In this document: positions 21,323 through 35,600 of the stretch, piece after piece
Numbering within the stretch: the stretch's first letter is position 1
How the letters are laid out: every line of letters begins with the position of its first letter
DNA from: Paragordius varius
Taxonomy: Eukaryota; Animalia; Nematomorpha
Length of the DNA stretch: 64,000 nt
Direction of reading: 5' to 3'
NCBI GenBank assembly: GCA_964247055.1
Contig: OZ176054.1
Coordinates: 7,006,001-7,070,000, forward strand
Notes under the pieces: model-generated
Database searches by the model: none
Told to the model about the DNA's origin: nothing
The model's input: the letters and a program-made list of their open reading frames with translations, nothing else
Position numbers and translations under genes: made by a program

Positions 21323-24300
21323 ATGATGGTTTTATTCCTTAAATTCATTCTCCAAATCATAATATATAAAACTTATGTAAAGCATAAGAGTGACGCATGG
21401 GGATTTTCTCAGACCCACAAAAGCTATAATATTAATAATAACATCATTAATCGTTTACAATATCATGGTAAATAATAGTTGTTTTATTACTTTATTTTCA
21501 AATACCATTTTTAATTTTATATAACTTAACTGTTAATATTATATTAGGGTATACTTTATTCATTACCTTTTGCACAAATTCTTTAATGAACCTCTCGTTT
21601 TCTTATCAGCTTTTGAACCAAATATAATCTTAAATCACTGTTAATTTTAATAAAAGGGAATTTCATTGATCCATAACGTATAATCCGGTTCTTACCCTTA
21701 AATTAAAATAGTAATAAATAATCTAAACTGTATATAGATATAAATGTATATAGTTTTAATTATTTCATTTCTAGGGTCGCCTGTTCAGGAGATGGAAATT
21801 GAAAGCACCAGTCAACAAGCTATATTAAAAGATAATACTCTCATGCTTATGTGCAATATTAAGGATGGTAATAGTGATTACACAAATTTTCATCAAACAT
21901 CTACAGATACACCATTAAATATAACATGGTTTAAAAATGGACAACCTTACAAAAAGCCAGACACAGTATCAGAGTCAGCTCTTCCTAATTCCTTAACCAT
22001 GTCTCACATTTTGCGGATAGATCGTGTGAGCGTATCGGATTCTGGTAACTATGAATGTGTTGCTAAAAATGTATACGGTATTACCCGAAGTACTACAGAA
22101 ACCGTCAAGGTCGTATATTTAATGGATTTTAAATCGGAGGCAGAGTATGAAAAACTAAAGACGACGGATGTTAATGATAACCGACAGATCCCCAAGTTTA
22201 ATTCTTTTGTCAATGGAATTAAAGAAAACACGAACGCTATCGTAATAAATTATAAAGGGCTGCAAGGTAAACACTCTTACAGCTTAATTAAACCCGGATC
22301 AGATGTTATACTTATATCGCCAGTAATTAAAGGCTTCCCCGAAATAACATTTTCTTGGAGGTTAAATGATACCTTGACTTTAGTTTCAGACGATCGAAAT
22401 CACCATAATTCAAATCCATTGACTTATAACACTCATGTTATTGGAATGTATGATGAATACTCACAAAAAGGACAATCTATCTTGGTAATTAAGGGAATTA
22501 ATTCAAATCAGTTTGGTAGTTACATATGTCAAGCATATAATGCAATGGCATACGAATGGAAACAAACCCCCCCAAAATCACCTATAACACTCAAAAAAGA
22601 TGAAACAATACATTCTTCTAGTCAAACTAATTTTAATTTTCAAATCTTAATACCCCCAAGAAACATTACTATAGCAGACAAACAGCATGAGAAAGTCGAT
22701 TTCCATTGTATAACATCGAGTGTTAAAACAAATACCTACTCACTTTCTACAATCAATCATGGCAAATCAGTCAAAGTGAATTGGTATATTAACAATCGAT
22801 TGGTATCACTTATAAACAATTTCCGTTACGAAGTTCGAGGGCCCTATCAAGAAAAGTTAACTATACGTAACCCAACCCAGGACGATTCCGGAGAAATTAA
22901 ATGCATTGCAAATTATGAGAATACATTTGCTAGTGGTTCTGGCTTCCTTAATGTTATAAGTATAACCTACGATATTTTATAATAGTAGTTAATCGATAAA
23001 GCGTATAATTATTTATAATAATCTATGTATATGATTTCTAGTTAAACCTGTTGCCAAAGAGCCCAAATATCACATAATAGATGTGGATTATGGAGTCTCT
23101 TCCTTAAATTTAAGCTGTAACATGGATACCATTAACCCAAAAGATCAAACAAATTGGTATTTTAATGGAGTCAGTCTCAAAGTAAGTTATTATAATTTCC
23201 AGTTTATTATTTGCCATACATATATTGTTATATTTAATTTTTATATTTAAAGAATGAATCATCCAATGATCTTACAATTAACAATATAACATTTGCAAGT
23301 GATGGAATTTATCAATGTATTATTTCGAATATTGCTGGTCAAGCCTATACAAATTATTGGGTAAAAATCCGAAATTTCCCACCAATATTGACATCATCGC
23401 CAGAAATATCAAATGTTGTAAATAAAAATAATGATAAAAGTATAAATTATCCAATAGAAAGAAGAAATGAAGAAATTTCAACCTTACCAGGGAAACTTAT
23501 AACTTTAAACTGCACGCATTTTTCCAGACCCAATGCTATTGTTAATTGGTTCATTGATGGTTCACATGCTTTTAGCACAGACCTTTCTCCTGAGTTATTC
23601 ATATTTGATTTAGCTAATCATACTCAATATCACGAAGGTAGTATCATAAATATCACTTGTAAAGTATCTAATCCCCTGGGTTATGTTACATCTACCACGT
23701 TCGTCAAATATATGGTTAAAACTCAAATCCTTAAACCGTCACCTATTAATAACGAAAGGAACAATTCTTCAAACATGATAAGTGCTTTACTGGGTAACAC
23801 TGTTAATTTGTCTTGTATAATACGTAAAGATAATTCAATTCACCCCAAAATTTCATGGTTAAAAAAGGATACTAGAACAAACGAAGATGGAATAACAATC
23901 ATTAAATTTGATGATGGGCAAAATGAAGAACATAAGGACAACAGTAGAAAATTCGACAATCTCGATAATCGTTACAGATTTTTCTATCATATCATGCCAA
24001 ACAATAAAACTAATGACAATTTCAACAGCCTAATGAAAGAATATGAAAATAAAAAATTATTACAATTTTCCGGGGGCACATATGAAATGGTTGAAATAAT
24101 TTTGCAAATCAACAAAATACGGAGCTCTGATAAGGGCATTTATATGTGCGTGATTGAATCGTTAGCGGGTAATGATGACATGGCATACCAACTTCAAGTT
24201 TTAGGTAAACCAATTAACTTTATATTCATAGACAAAAATATATATTATTGCAAATTTATGATTTTACGGTATAGGTTTGATCAAATAAATCGAGATATAT

Positions 24301-26625
24301 AAGTTTGTTGGTGGTAATTAAGAAAGTTAAAATTTAAAAGACACATTTGATTGAGTCAAAGTGTCTCATATCGAATTTTAAGTAATCAAGAGTATATCAA
24401 TATCCATAACTATATATTTTACCGATTAATAAATAGAATTACCGTTTCCCCCCACCAATATTAAGGTTGAGTTGCTAAAAAATAATGGAAATTCGTTGAT
24501 GGATTATAGTAGAGTAAATGGTAATAAAATACCACAAGCGATCATGACATGGAATCCATCTTTTGATGGTAATAGTCCGATCCTTGGCTACGAAATTGAA
24601 TTCAAAATTGTCGATATGGAAACAAACGCCATAAATAAGGGTACATAACCGAATCATTTATACATATAATCTCAAATATAAATTATATATTTTTTTTGAT
24701 TTTTAGATACAAATTGGTTGCCATACAATGTCACCCATTCCCCACACACCTTTTATGATGGCAGTAATACGTATCGCCCAAATTTTGGAGGAGAAAAAAG
24801 TACAACTTACGATTACAGCACTGGAACGTATCAATCCTATTCATTCAACAAAAATTTTGTAGAACTAAGCGATTTAATACCAGACACCCATTACATATTC
24901 CGTATGAGAGCTGTCACTTCCATCGGCAAAGGTATTTGGAGTGCATCGAGTAATGCTGTGAAAATACCGCTCCTAATTCCTAAAACTAAACCATTGTCTC
25001 TATTTGTGATAAATGCATCTTCAAATTGGATCAATTTGGGTTGGAGGGTATATATGTTTATTATAATGTTACCTACCCTATATAATTATATTTTATGGAA
25101 AAACGCGTCCTTGGAATATTGGTGCGAAAAAATTACAATCCATAATTCACACATAAGCTAATTAATATTTAAGAACAATTAATTAATTTTAGGTGTATGA
25201 TAAAACCGTTAATAGGTGTTGTTCGGTTTATTGTAGATACCTGTGGATTCTAGGAATCGATTTCTCCTTTTTTGGTGAACTAAATCAATATATTAGTTAT
25301 AAATATTATTTAAGAAATTAAAATCAACCTAAAATTTATTAAATAAATTTATTAAAATTATTTATATTTATTATCCACAGGTCAATACACCTGATCTCAT
25401 AAAAAGCAAAATATTGGGCTACTTGATTGAATATCGAATCACCGGGTTCACAAACGATGTTTATGGATGGGAACAAATTAGGTTTTTGGATTCCAATATC
25501 CACCAAGGAAATATTACGAGTCTCATCCCTTGGAAAGAATATTCCTTCAGGATTTCTATGTTCAATAAAGTAGGTGTTGGGCCATACACTGAGCCAGCGC
25601 TTAATGTTTGGACAAAACAACAAGGTATGTTAAATATTGAACTATTCTATGATCTTTTATTAAACATGATTAAAAAAATTATAATGGAATCCTTTCAAAA
25701 TAACCTGAATTTTCGGAAATATACAGGGCTCAATATCCGCATCATGACCCTTTAACAAGATAAATTAAATTTTATTTCAATTAGTATTCAGTTTTTTCTG
25801 ATATTTTTTTAAAGTTGTTTTTAGCTTATTCTCAGGGCTTTACGAATTAAATTTTTGATCAGAAAAATTGATAATCATCAAGTCTTGGCCAGTATTTCGA
25901 ACAGCTCATTATAAGGGGCAGGAGAGGTTACTTATGACATAATTTTATTAATATACTGTATTTTCTATTTTTATTTTGACAAAACAAAGTGCCAGATGTT
26001 AGTCCTACTGAATTAACTATTCGACACATAAATCCAACCTCTGTGAATATAAGTTGGAACATACCAGATCCTCAGCTTACTAACGGTCAAGTTTTAGGTT
26101 ATACGATTTTGTTGACGAATCTCAATAACAATAATAAGATAAATAAGACATTAGGACTACATGAAATAAAAATTGAACAAGCCTACCCAAATTGGTATGT
26201 GTGCCGTGGATTAACCCCATTCAAAAATTATTCGATACAAATTAATTGCTTCAATGAAGCTGGACAAGGACCGTATTCTATGCCTCCAAAAAATTTTCAA
26301 ACTTCGGAGGATGGTATTATAAATATTTTTTCATAATCTAAGCAGTGGTATTGGCTCAACTATTTTAAGTGTGGTATTAATCATGTAATGAATTCTGTTA
26401 TTGTAGGGAAATTAATATATAAATTTGATTTAGGTTAACGTCAATTTTTTTAAAAGCTATATTATGTGTTCCTGCGTTTTACATATTTTTTTCTATAAAT
26501 TATGATATAGTTCCATCTGCCGTACGCAACTTTACCGTCTCTTATGTAATCGATGATTCGGCCAAATTATCATGGAATTACCCAAAAGATATAAATGGAA
26601 TATTAACTGGTTATATATATTATAC

Positions 26626-26665
<40 letters not shown>

Positions 26666-29600
26666 GTTTTTACGACATTTTACTATTTTCCAAACTTTAA
26701 TAATTTTGGGCGGTATAAATGTTAATTACGTGTAAATAAATTAGATAATTCTCAACTTTAAAAGTTTCATTAAGAATGGGTCCAAATAATGTTTTTTGTA
26801 ATCATCCGTTTTTGACATATAATCAACTAATTCTCAACCAAAACATACGAAATTCGTGTGGATCCGAAATATCTTGCGTTAGATTTATGCGAAGTTTAAT
26901 CTAAGATATGTCCATTGTTTTTTCATTTTAAGAGTTTTTTAAAATGATCATTATAAAAAGTTCACAAATTGCTTTGCGGGTCGCATTTTTGGAACCAAAA
27001 ATTTGGGGGCCTGATTTAGAAAATATATGGGCATTAAAAACATTTTATTAGATTTTAGACTTAAGATTGCAAAAACAACACTATATTTTAATATTTTTTG
27101 CTAGTTCATTGCCAAAATTCGGAAAGATTTATCATAAAATTGTTAAAGAAAATATTTTTTTCTTAGATTTCGTAAAATTTGCATTTGATTTCCTCGCGGG
27201 CCGTAGAAATATTTTAGAGGGCCGCTCGGTGTACACCCCTGGTTTAAAGCAACGTATACAATTTTTTTACTGATTAAACGGTTTTATAAATTTACAATGG
27301 CTTTGGGTTATCTTGTATTTTAGCGGTAACAGAAGAGTTTTAAGTATAATAATGTCAATTTCAAATCTATTACCGTAGATATCAGTCCTAAGCATCGCGT
27401 TCTGAATTGTTTACCAGTCTAACTATGGCTCTCTAAGTTTATTTATGCCATAGATTACTTAAATTTTTACAATTAATAATTTGCAGACCATGATCAGATA
27501 GAAACCCGTTTTTGTTTATTCTAAAATTCTTTTTATTATATCATATGCAGGTTATCAATTATTACATTCTTTAATGGATCCTAACATTACTCATTATCCA
27601 ACGCAAGAAGTTATGATTAATATATCAAAAGATGCCTTAAGCCATGAAATAACTAATTTAGGGCACAACAAAATTTACAAGGCATACATTCAGGCCCAAA
27701 CTAAGGCGGGATTTGGCCCAAAAGTATCGCTTGAATTTGAATCAGCGCCCAAACCAAGTAATATTTGCAAGAATACTTAATGGATCATTTCAAAAATCAT
27801 TTGATCAAATTATTTTTCAACGATTTATTTATGTAACAATGTATGTCATTATCAAGACTTTAATACTCAATAATTAAAATTGTAACACATTATAAATCAT
27901 ATATCTACCTTTTTTTCTAGTTATTCCTAGTAAGCCTCAAATTAGAAGTTGGCAATATAATGATAAAAACTTCAGTCTAACCATCAACTTTCATATTGAC
28001 AATATTGGTTACACAATTCTTAAATCAATTAAAATCAATGCAAAGTATAGTTTTCGATATCATCCTGAAACACCGCCATTTATGAATGATAATTTTAATA
28101 ATGAGTCCATCAATGATGATATTTTAGAAACAAAAAAATTTGTTTTGCTAGATGAAATATTGATGGACAAAATGGAATATACCCAAAATTACACGATTTA
28201 TATCAAATTGAAGTTTGTAGTTTACCTATGCTATTTAAATTATTTTTTCCATATTAATGAGAAATTTTAATAAGTGAAAAAATTGACATTTTTTACATGT
28301 TTTCTATAAGAAATATAATCTAAAAGTTTATTATTTTATAAAATATAATAGACCATACCATACTTATCGCTTATGTGTTGCCGTTACCAATAAAGTTGGT
28401 ACAAGTCTATGCAGTGATTATTTTCCAAATTCAAAAATTAGTGATAAAAATCTTATTCAAACATCGCCATCTATACCAGTCAAATCTCCAACGATTGTTG
28501 ATTTTACATGTTTTAGCGGAAAAGGGAGCTGTATTGTAGTTTGGGAACCGCTAAAACTGGAAGAATGGCAAAACCGACCAGGATCATATAATGTTCAATT
28601 ATTTAGCATTGCCATAAACGGCTTTGGGTATATATATCTTTTTCCATTGTTACAATATAGTATTTTTAAGCCACAAATTGTACACTTAATTATTATCTAT
28701 TTGATTGGTTTAAAAAATTATTAGAGAGCCCGAATCGGCTTATATGCTTTGATGCAGTCGCGTTATTTTTTTGCAATATTGTTAATAAAGTTTCTCCATA
28801 GAGTACGGTTTTCGCTCTGGTATCAAGTTTTGCCAAGGGGTTAATATTCTATTAGCAGAACATAAAAACGCTTTTTATCATTTTTATATATAATTATTTC
28901 GACTTTCACATTAAATCGAATTTGATAGAAACAAACTTAGCCAATATATGCGCAGCTGGGATGAAACTTATGTCGAATTAACCGGTTTACAATCATTGAC
29001 AAATTACAGTCTTACCGTTGTGGCAGAAAATGGACCTTTCAAAGCCAACAAAGCTACTCTATTTAATTTTACCTCCTATATAATGGGTATATTTCACAAT
29101 TTTTTATATTTTTGCCTATATTCACACCTATTTTAATATTTTCTTTTGCAATACGGATCAGTACCTAACATTGCACCAATTATGTATGGAGTCACCAATA
29201 TAACTGCATCTGGCTTTGAAATAAATTATTCTGTCAATAATGAAGCAATCAAAGCTCAATTTATTAAACTCAATATCAAGGTATATATATATTTTGATAT
29301 TTACGAATATCTGTAACATAATTTGTATACATTAATGCATTTTCAAAAAACATTTTTTTTGATGCCAAAATCAAAATTAACATCCTAATATATTTAACAT
29401 TCTTTAGGTAAAACTAGAATATAATTTGATTTGCAACAATAAAACAATCACGGATTACAGTGTTTACCTTTGGGATGAAAATTTCCGGAGTATAAAATTA
29501 TCAGAGTTACAAACTCAAACAACTTATACCATATCAATGTGTTTCATGAATGAAGTCGGCCAAGGTCCTTGGTCAAACCCTTTAAACGTGTCCACTTTAT

Positions 29601-32600
29601 CAACATGTAATTTGAATTTTTATCTAAATTAACGCTCATATAAATTTAATATGCACAGTAGTTATTCCTCATAATGACTCAACATTTAACAAAAATCAAA
29701 ACTGATCTTTCAATTAAAATGTAAATTTTTACTATTTCAAAAATTATTGTTAAAATTATTAGAACAAATAATCATCTATTGAATTTTTGATAAGTGGTTT
29801 ATACTGACAAACCAACTTAATTTAAGGGAAGGTATCCCCTTTAATACTTGTGATAAAAGTTGATGTGAGGTAGGGTTATATTAAATAAAATTAGCAATTA
29901 TCAGGTTTACAAAATTATATATTTGTAATATATTTTAGTGCGTGAACCTCCGAATTTTCTAGTCATAAATAAAGATACAAACGGATCCTATATTCTGGAA
30001 TGGGAAGGAGATTCAAACCATTTTTGTAACGAAAAGTGTGATAGAAAATTCAACAATTTTATGAAATATGTTATAAAGTACAAGCGTTTAGAATCAATAC
30101 ATTGGACATGGCTAGAAACTGGATGCCATAGTATTCAGGTATAAAAATTTGTTTGAGGATATCTTAATATTTAATTGTTAAATCATGCATGGATTTGGTA
30201 ATAAAAAGTTAGGATGTAAGTTAGCCTGGTCACAGGAGTAATTAAGGATAAATCACTGAGGAAATCTTATAAATTATTTTTCAGTTGCAAAAAATATGTT
30301 TCAATATTTATTTTTTAAAACCTTTAATTTTATTTGCGACGGTTTTTGTTTTATTTATAAAATACATATTTTGTTTTAGCTATCAAGCCTGTTGCCAAAT
30401 GAAAGTTATGAATTATCCATATTTTCAGAAAATTCGTGGGGCAGAAGTCGCTCAAATAATATTAAATTCTTTATACCTGTTTTCCAAGATATGCCCCTAA
30501 AAAGTATTTTTACATTTTATTACCATTAACATTTCACCCTTAAACATAAATCCACCCTTGATTTCAATTGCATACACACTTAAATATTTCAAATTTACCT
30601 TTGAAAATCACCATAAAAATAAATTATGTTTGGGCTAATATAACAACTCATTGATATAAAATAGTTTGTTATGGCATAGTTATTCGTTTTTTCGGTATTA
30701 TGTAAATTTTAAACATAGTTAAATTTTTGAAATTATTTAAAAATATATTTAATATGATTTCCAAAAGCACAATTTATTTTTAGTGTATGTTTTAAATTTT
30801 CGAAGGTAAATTTGAAATGTTTAAAGGTGTTTAAAATGTGTAAAGATAAAAGTCTTAATTTGAAGTGTAGATGGTATATATTAAAAAATTTAATTATTTA
30901 ATCACCAAATACATTATTTTTTTAGCATATACCTTTTTATGACTAATTCAAAACAGATATCGACCCAGAAACAACAATTTATTCAATTTCTCCATTCAAA
31001 AATGACTCTAATTTGGTACAAATCTCGATACATCCAATCATGAATGATCCCTATGAAACGATAGAAAACAATTTTTATGACACAGAAAATTACCCGTATG
31101 GCAGTCATCATGTTAGCAAAAGAAATATAAATTTGCAAAAGCCACCTCGTTTCTATCAAATCACATATGTACCCGTTAGCGATGATAAAAGTTTATTAAG
31201 GAATCAAATATCGAATATGAAGCCCACACCATTTTATAAAAAATTTTCATATACAGATGGTAGCACAGTTATTAGGTAATTTCATTTTGGCCGTTTAAAT
31301 TTTTTCGATTCGTTTTTAATTTTATAAATATTGTAGATTAAATCCGTCACATACCTATGAAATTCAAGTGTTTGCTGTTTACGATTTCAATGTTTCGTTA
31401 CCCGTTGCTAATTTACAAAGAAACAAAATTACAGTTATTAAAACTCCAGGACAACCTCCATCAGGGCACCCCCAAATATTAACTGTCTCTCATCAATCGA
31501 ATCATAAATTAAAAATTTTTTTTAAGGTAATTTTATTTAATATATCTTATAATATCATTTTATGTCGCTTAATTGAAATTAAATTTAATATATATAAATA
31601 TTCATTTTAATATAAAGCCCATACCTAAAGAATCATGGAATTTTGGATCTGTAAACTATTTTCTTCTCTATAAAATTATACATCAATGGCACCAACCTTA
31701 CCAATTTACATCCAATCAAATATCTATGAGCCTAAGAACTTTTGAAGATAAATTAAGCGCTACAATTTTCGAAAACAAAAAAATGCCGTTATTAAATATA
31801 AAATCTTTTTCAATGCAAACATCGCCGGAAAATGAGATGAGTATAATTAGCAGTGGAGAAATTTCAAACTTTGCCCCCCAAAATTATGATTTTAACAAAG
31901 ATATAATCATATTAGCACTTGTGGTTGAAAATGAATTGGGATTTAATAACTCCAACATATCTCCAATCCTGATGCTAAATTTAAGTCACACAGGTAAGCT
32001 ATATGGAATACGATTCAGTTATATAAAAATGAAATATATTATAATTACAGTATAAATTAAAACTATTCAGAAAAATGTAAAATACTAAAAGACAACCATA
32101 CTTCATTAAACTTAATTTTTCTTGCATAAACTATATACTTATAATTTTAATTACATAATTCAGTGTTTTACCAATTTACATCTCTAACTTCCGTTTTGCT
32201 AAAAACGATAAGTATTTAAAATCAAGATTTAAAAAATATGGTTGTCTTTTTTATAATAAATTTTGTCTTTTAGCTATTTTTTGTCAATATAATTTCAATT
32301 TTTACTGAAGAATTTTTATATTTGTATAAATATATAACAATTTAAATGATTATTATCTAATTTGATTGAAAGCATATTTTGTATGTTTGATTTTTTTCTT
32401 TTATAGAACGACTCAGGGCAACCCAACCATCACCCATTCTTGTATATAAAAACGCAACCTCAATAACCATAAAAATACCAATTGCATCCAACCACAATGT
32501 TTTTGCCCATAAGGTATAGTAGGCAAATTGTATTTTGTTAATTTTTTTCCAAAATTTTAACTAATTTAATTATAAAATAAATATGTGTTTTAGATCCAAT

Positions 32601-35600
32601 TTCATCCAAAGGATAACAAATTGGTCAAAACTCAAATTATTGATAGTTGTACCACGTGTTTTGATCATAAGAGGGATAATTTTATGGAATCCAAAATTGT
32701 TAATCTTAAGCCATACACAACATATGTTATTCAAACTTTCCCAATTACTTTAGCGAATTTCTATCACGATGAAAATGTAGAGTTTGTCAATTATATGTAT
32801 GAAACCAAAAATTCAGGGATTGAGCCATATAGCCAATTTAATACGAAACAGGAAATTATAGTCACAACAGATGAATACAGTTATATATTATTTATTGCTA
32901 TAAGAATAAAGAAGCAAAATTTTAATATAATAATTATTTTTAAACATTTAGAGTCAGATCCCCCGCGCGATTTAAGAATCCAATTTTTATCACTCAACAG
33001 TATTCGCGTTTCGTGGAAAAGTCCATTATACATCAATGGGCAATTATTTGGATATCAAATAACATATCAATCTGGAGGTCAGTTATCTTTTTGTTTAAAT
33101 TTGTTCAAAATTATGACACTGCAGATTTATTTTAAAATGTTTAATAATATTTCCACAGAATCATTGGTTGAAAAATTTGTCGAAATCGATGAATTCGCCC
33201 AAAACCAATTCAGTGTCAATATTTATGATCTCCAAACCTTTGCGACTTATAAAATTGGAATTGCTGCGAAAAATGGCTATGGTTTGGGAACACCTATACA
33301 AAAAACAATTTTTATAGGGCCAAATAAAGGTAATAAATTATATTGAAATTGAATAATATATATTTGTTATAATGATAGCCTTTAAAGTGAATAAACTTCT
33401 AAACCAAAAAATTTTACACTTATTTTATGCAGACTAAGGAGATAATATGTTTATTTTATGAATTTAAAATATATTAACCCGGATTGATTACACCGTGTCT
33501 ACAAAAAATATCCTGATGAAATGTATATATCTGATAGGAAATTGTACCAGGATTATAATGGTGCTCTTGGTTTTAGCCTTTACGTGTGATTTAAGAAAGT
33601 TATTCACACTATTATGGTATCTGCTCCATATCATAAAATGGCGAAATCGGCGCATATTTTGAATAATTTTTTTGACGAAAGTTAAATGCTTCCTAAATAT
33701 ATTATTAAAATATATCAATAAAATATCCAAAGCAAAACAATATTTTTAATTTTAATTTTACTTGAGCCCCGAAAGCCTTACATTTTGCCCTTAAAATGAC
33801 TAGTTCGCTTAATATAAACCTAAATTTTTAGCGATTTTCGAGCAGACATGATACTTTGAGGCATGATGGAAACGCTATAACAACCCTTTTATATATATTT
33901 CGATTATGCTAAACATTTCTATCACCTCATAATTTATCAAAATATACCTTCGTTCTCAATTTATAAATATAAATTGTATTTTAACAAACACCAATATTTG
34001 AAAGGAAACAAACCTTATAAATTAAAATTCTGAAAGGATAGAAATGTTCAGCACAATTAAATTTTATAGAAAAAGTGTTTTTAATAATTTAAACCGTTTC
34101 AATACCGTTTCCATCATGCCTTAAAATAGTATGATGCTTCAACAAAATTTTGCTATAAATTAAATTTTTAAGCAAATTTTCTATTTTTTCAGAAAATCAT
34201 TTTTTGGTGTCAAAATTTAGCATCTATTTTAAAATTTTATCGCGCAATCTCGGCATTTTTGCGTTTATTTTTTTAGAACTAGCCCATTAGGCGAAAAAGT
34301 TTATTACTTTAGGAGCCCAGATCTAAAAAATAAAATTTTATAAAATTGTTGTTTTTTTTATATGTAGTTAAAATATTTTAGTTATATTTACCGGTATGAA
34401 GCATTTAGCTTTCACCAAAAAAAATTATCCTACAAAATGTGCGTAAATTCTGTCATTTTTTCATATGGAACACTTACCACAAAAGTGTAAAAAGCCTTAT
34501 TTATTAAATCACTCGTAAGGGCCAAAACCCAAAATACCGTGATAATACTGTACATTCATCAGAATATTTTTAAACCCCCGATTTAGGACTCAGTGTTAAG
34601 CACCAATTGTTAAAAATTGGATATATACGGATTATTCGAAAATAGTTAAATGCATGTTATTCAATTCTATAGACTCTCCACCAACACCACAAAATATGTA
34701 TGTAAGTCATCATAACGGACAAGATTTTCTCCAACTTCACTGGTCTTTCCCAATTTTAGCGTTAAATAGCAGTTATGCTTCTAATTTGGGTTTCATTGTG
34801 GAGGGTGCGTTTCTCCCTACTTCCAATAGCATTATACTCAATGACAAAATTTTTTTAAGTACCCTAAATTATAATGCGGTAAAAACTAAGGCTAAGGATG
34901 ATGGCAAAAATAGGCTAATGCACAAACCAAATTATGTGTGGAATCATATGGTAGATTTTTATTATTGATTACAGTATCTTTTGATATTTTTATTGGTGTA
35001 AAATTACTATAAAAAACTTTTTTTAGAATTCAGAATAAAATAAATAGTCCGTAACATTTAAAAATGTAGTTTAATTTGACCAAAATCTATTTCCTTAGTT
35101 GACCATCCAAAACTTAACAATACAGCGGGGATTAATGGTCCATCAAATCCCCCTGAAAGGATTAGCTCCCAATTTTCAGTACATCTTCCGCATATTGGCT
35201 TACAATGACTTTGGTATCAGTAATTACTCTGAATCAACAATACCGTTTGGCGTTACACAAGGTTTATTTTTAATTATTTACATTTCATTCTGATTATTTA
35301 AATTTTTTTTAACTTTTAATATTATTTTGCTTAATTTCATGTAGAAATGGTGCTTGAAACCGGAATATTTGATAATTTTTACAATCAATGGTGGTTCGTT
35401 GTTATTGTGGCTATGGCATCTACCATAATATTACTCCTTGTGGTATCGTACCTGTGCTGTAAAAGTCGGGATCTTAAATACAAAAGTTTTATTTTATCAC
35501 ATAAACTTTTTCAATAATATGTATGATATTTTCTAAATTAAATTTTTAATTTTTAAAAAAAACCGAATAACCGGCTCTTAAACAAAAAGGCCGCGGTCAA

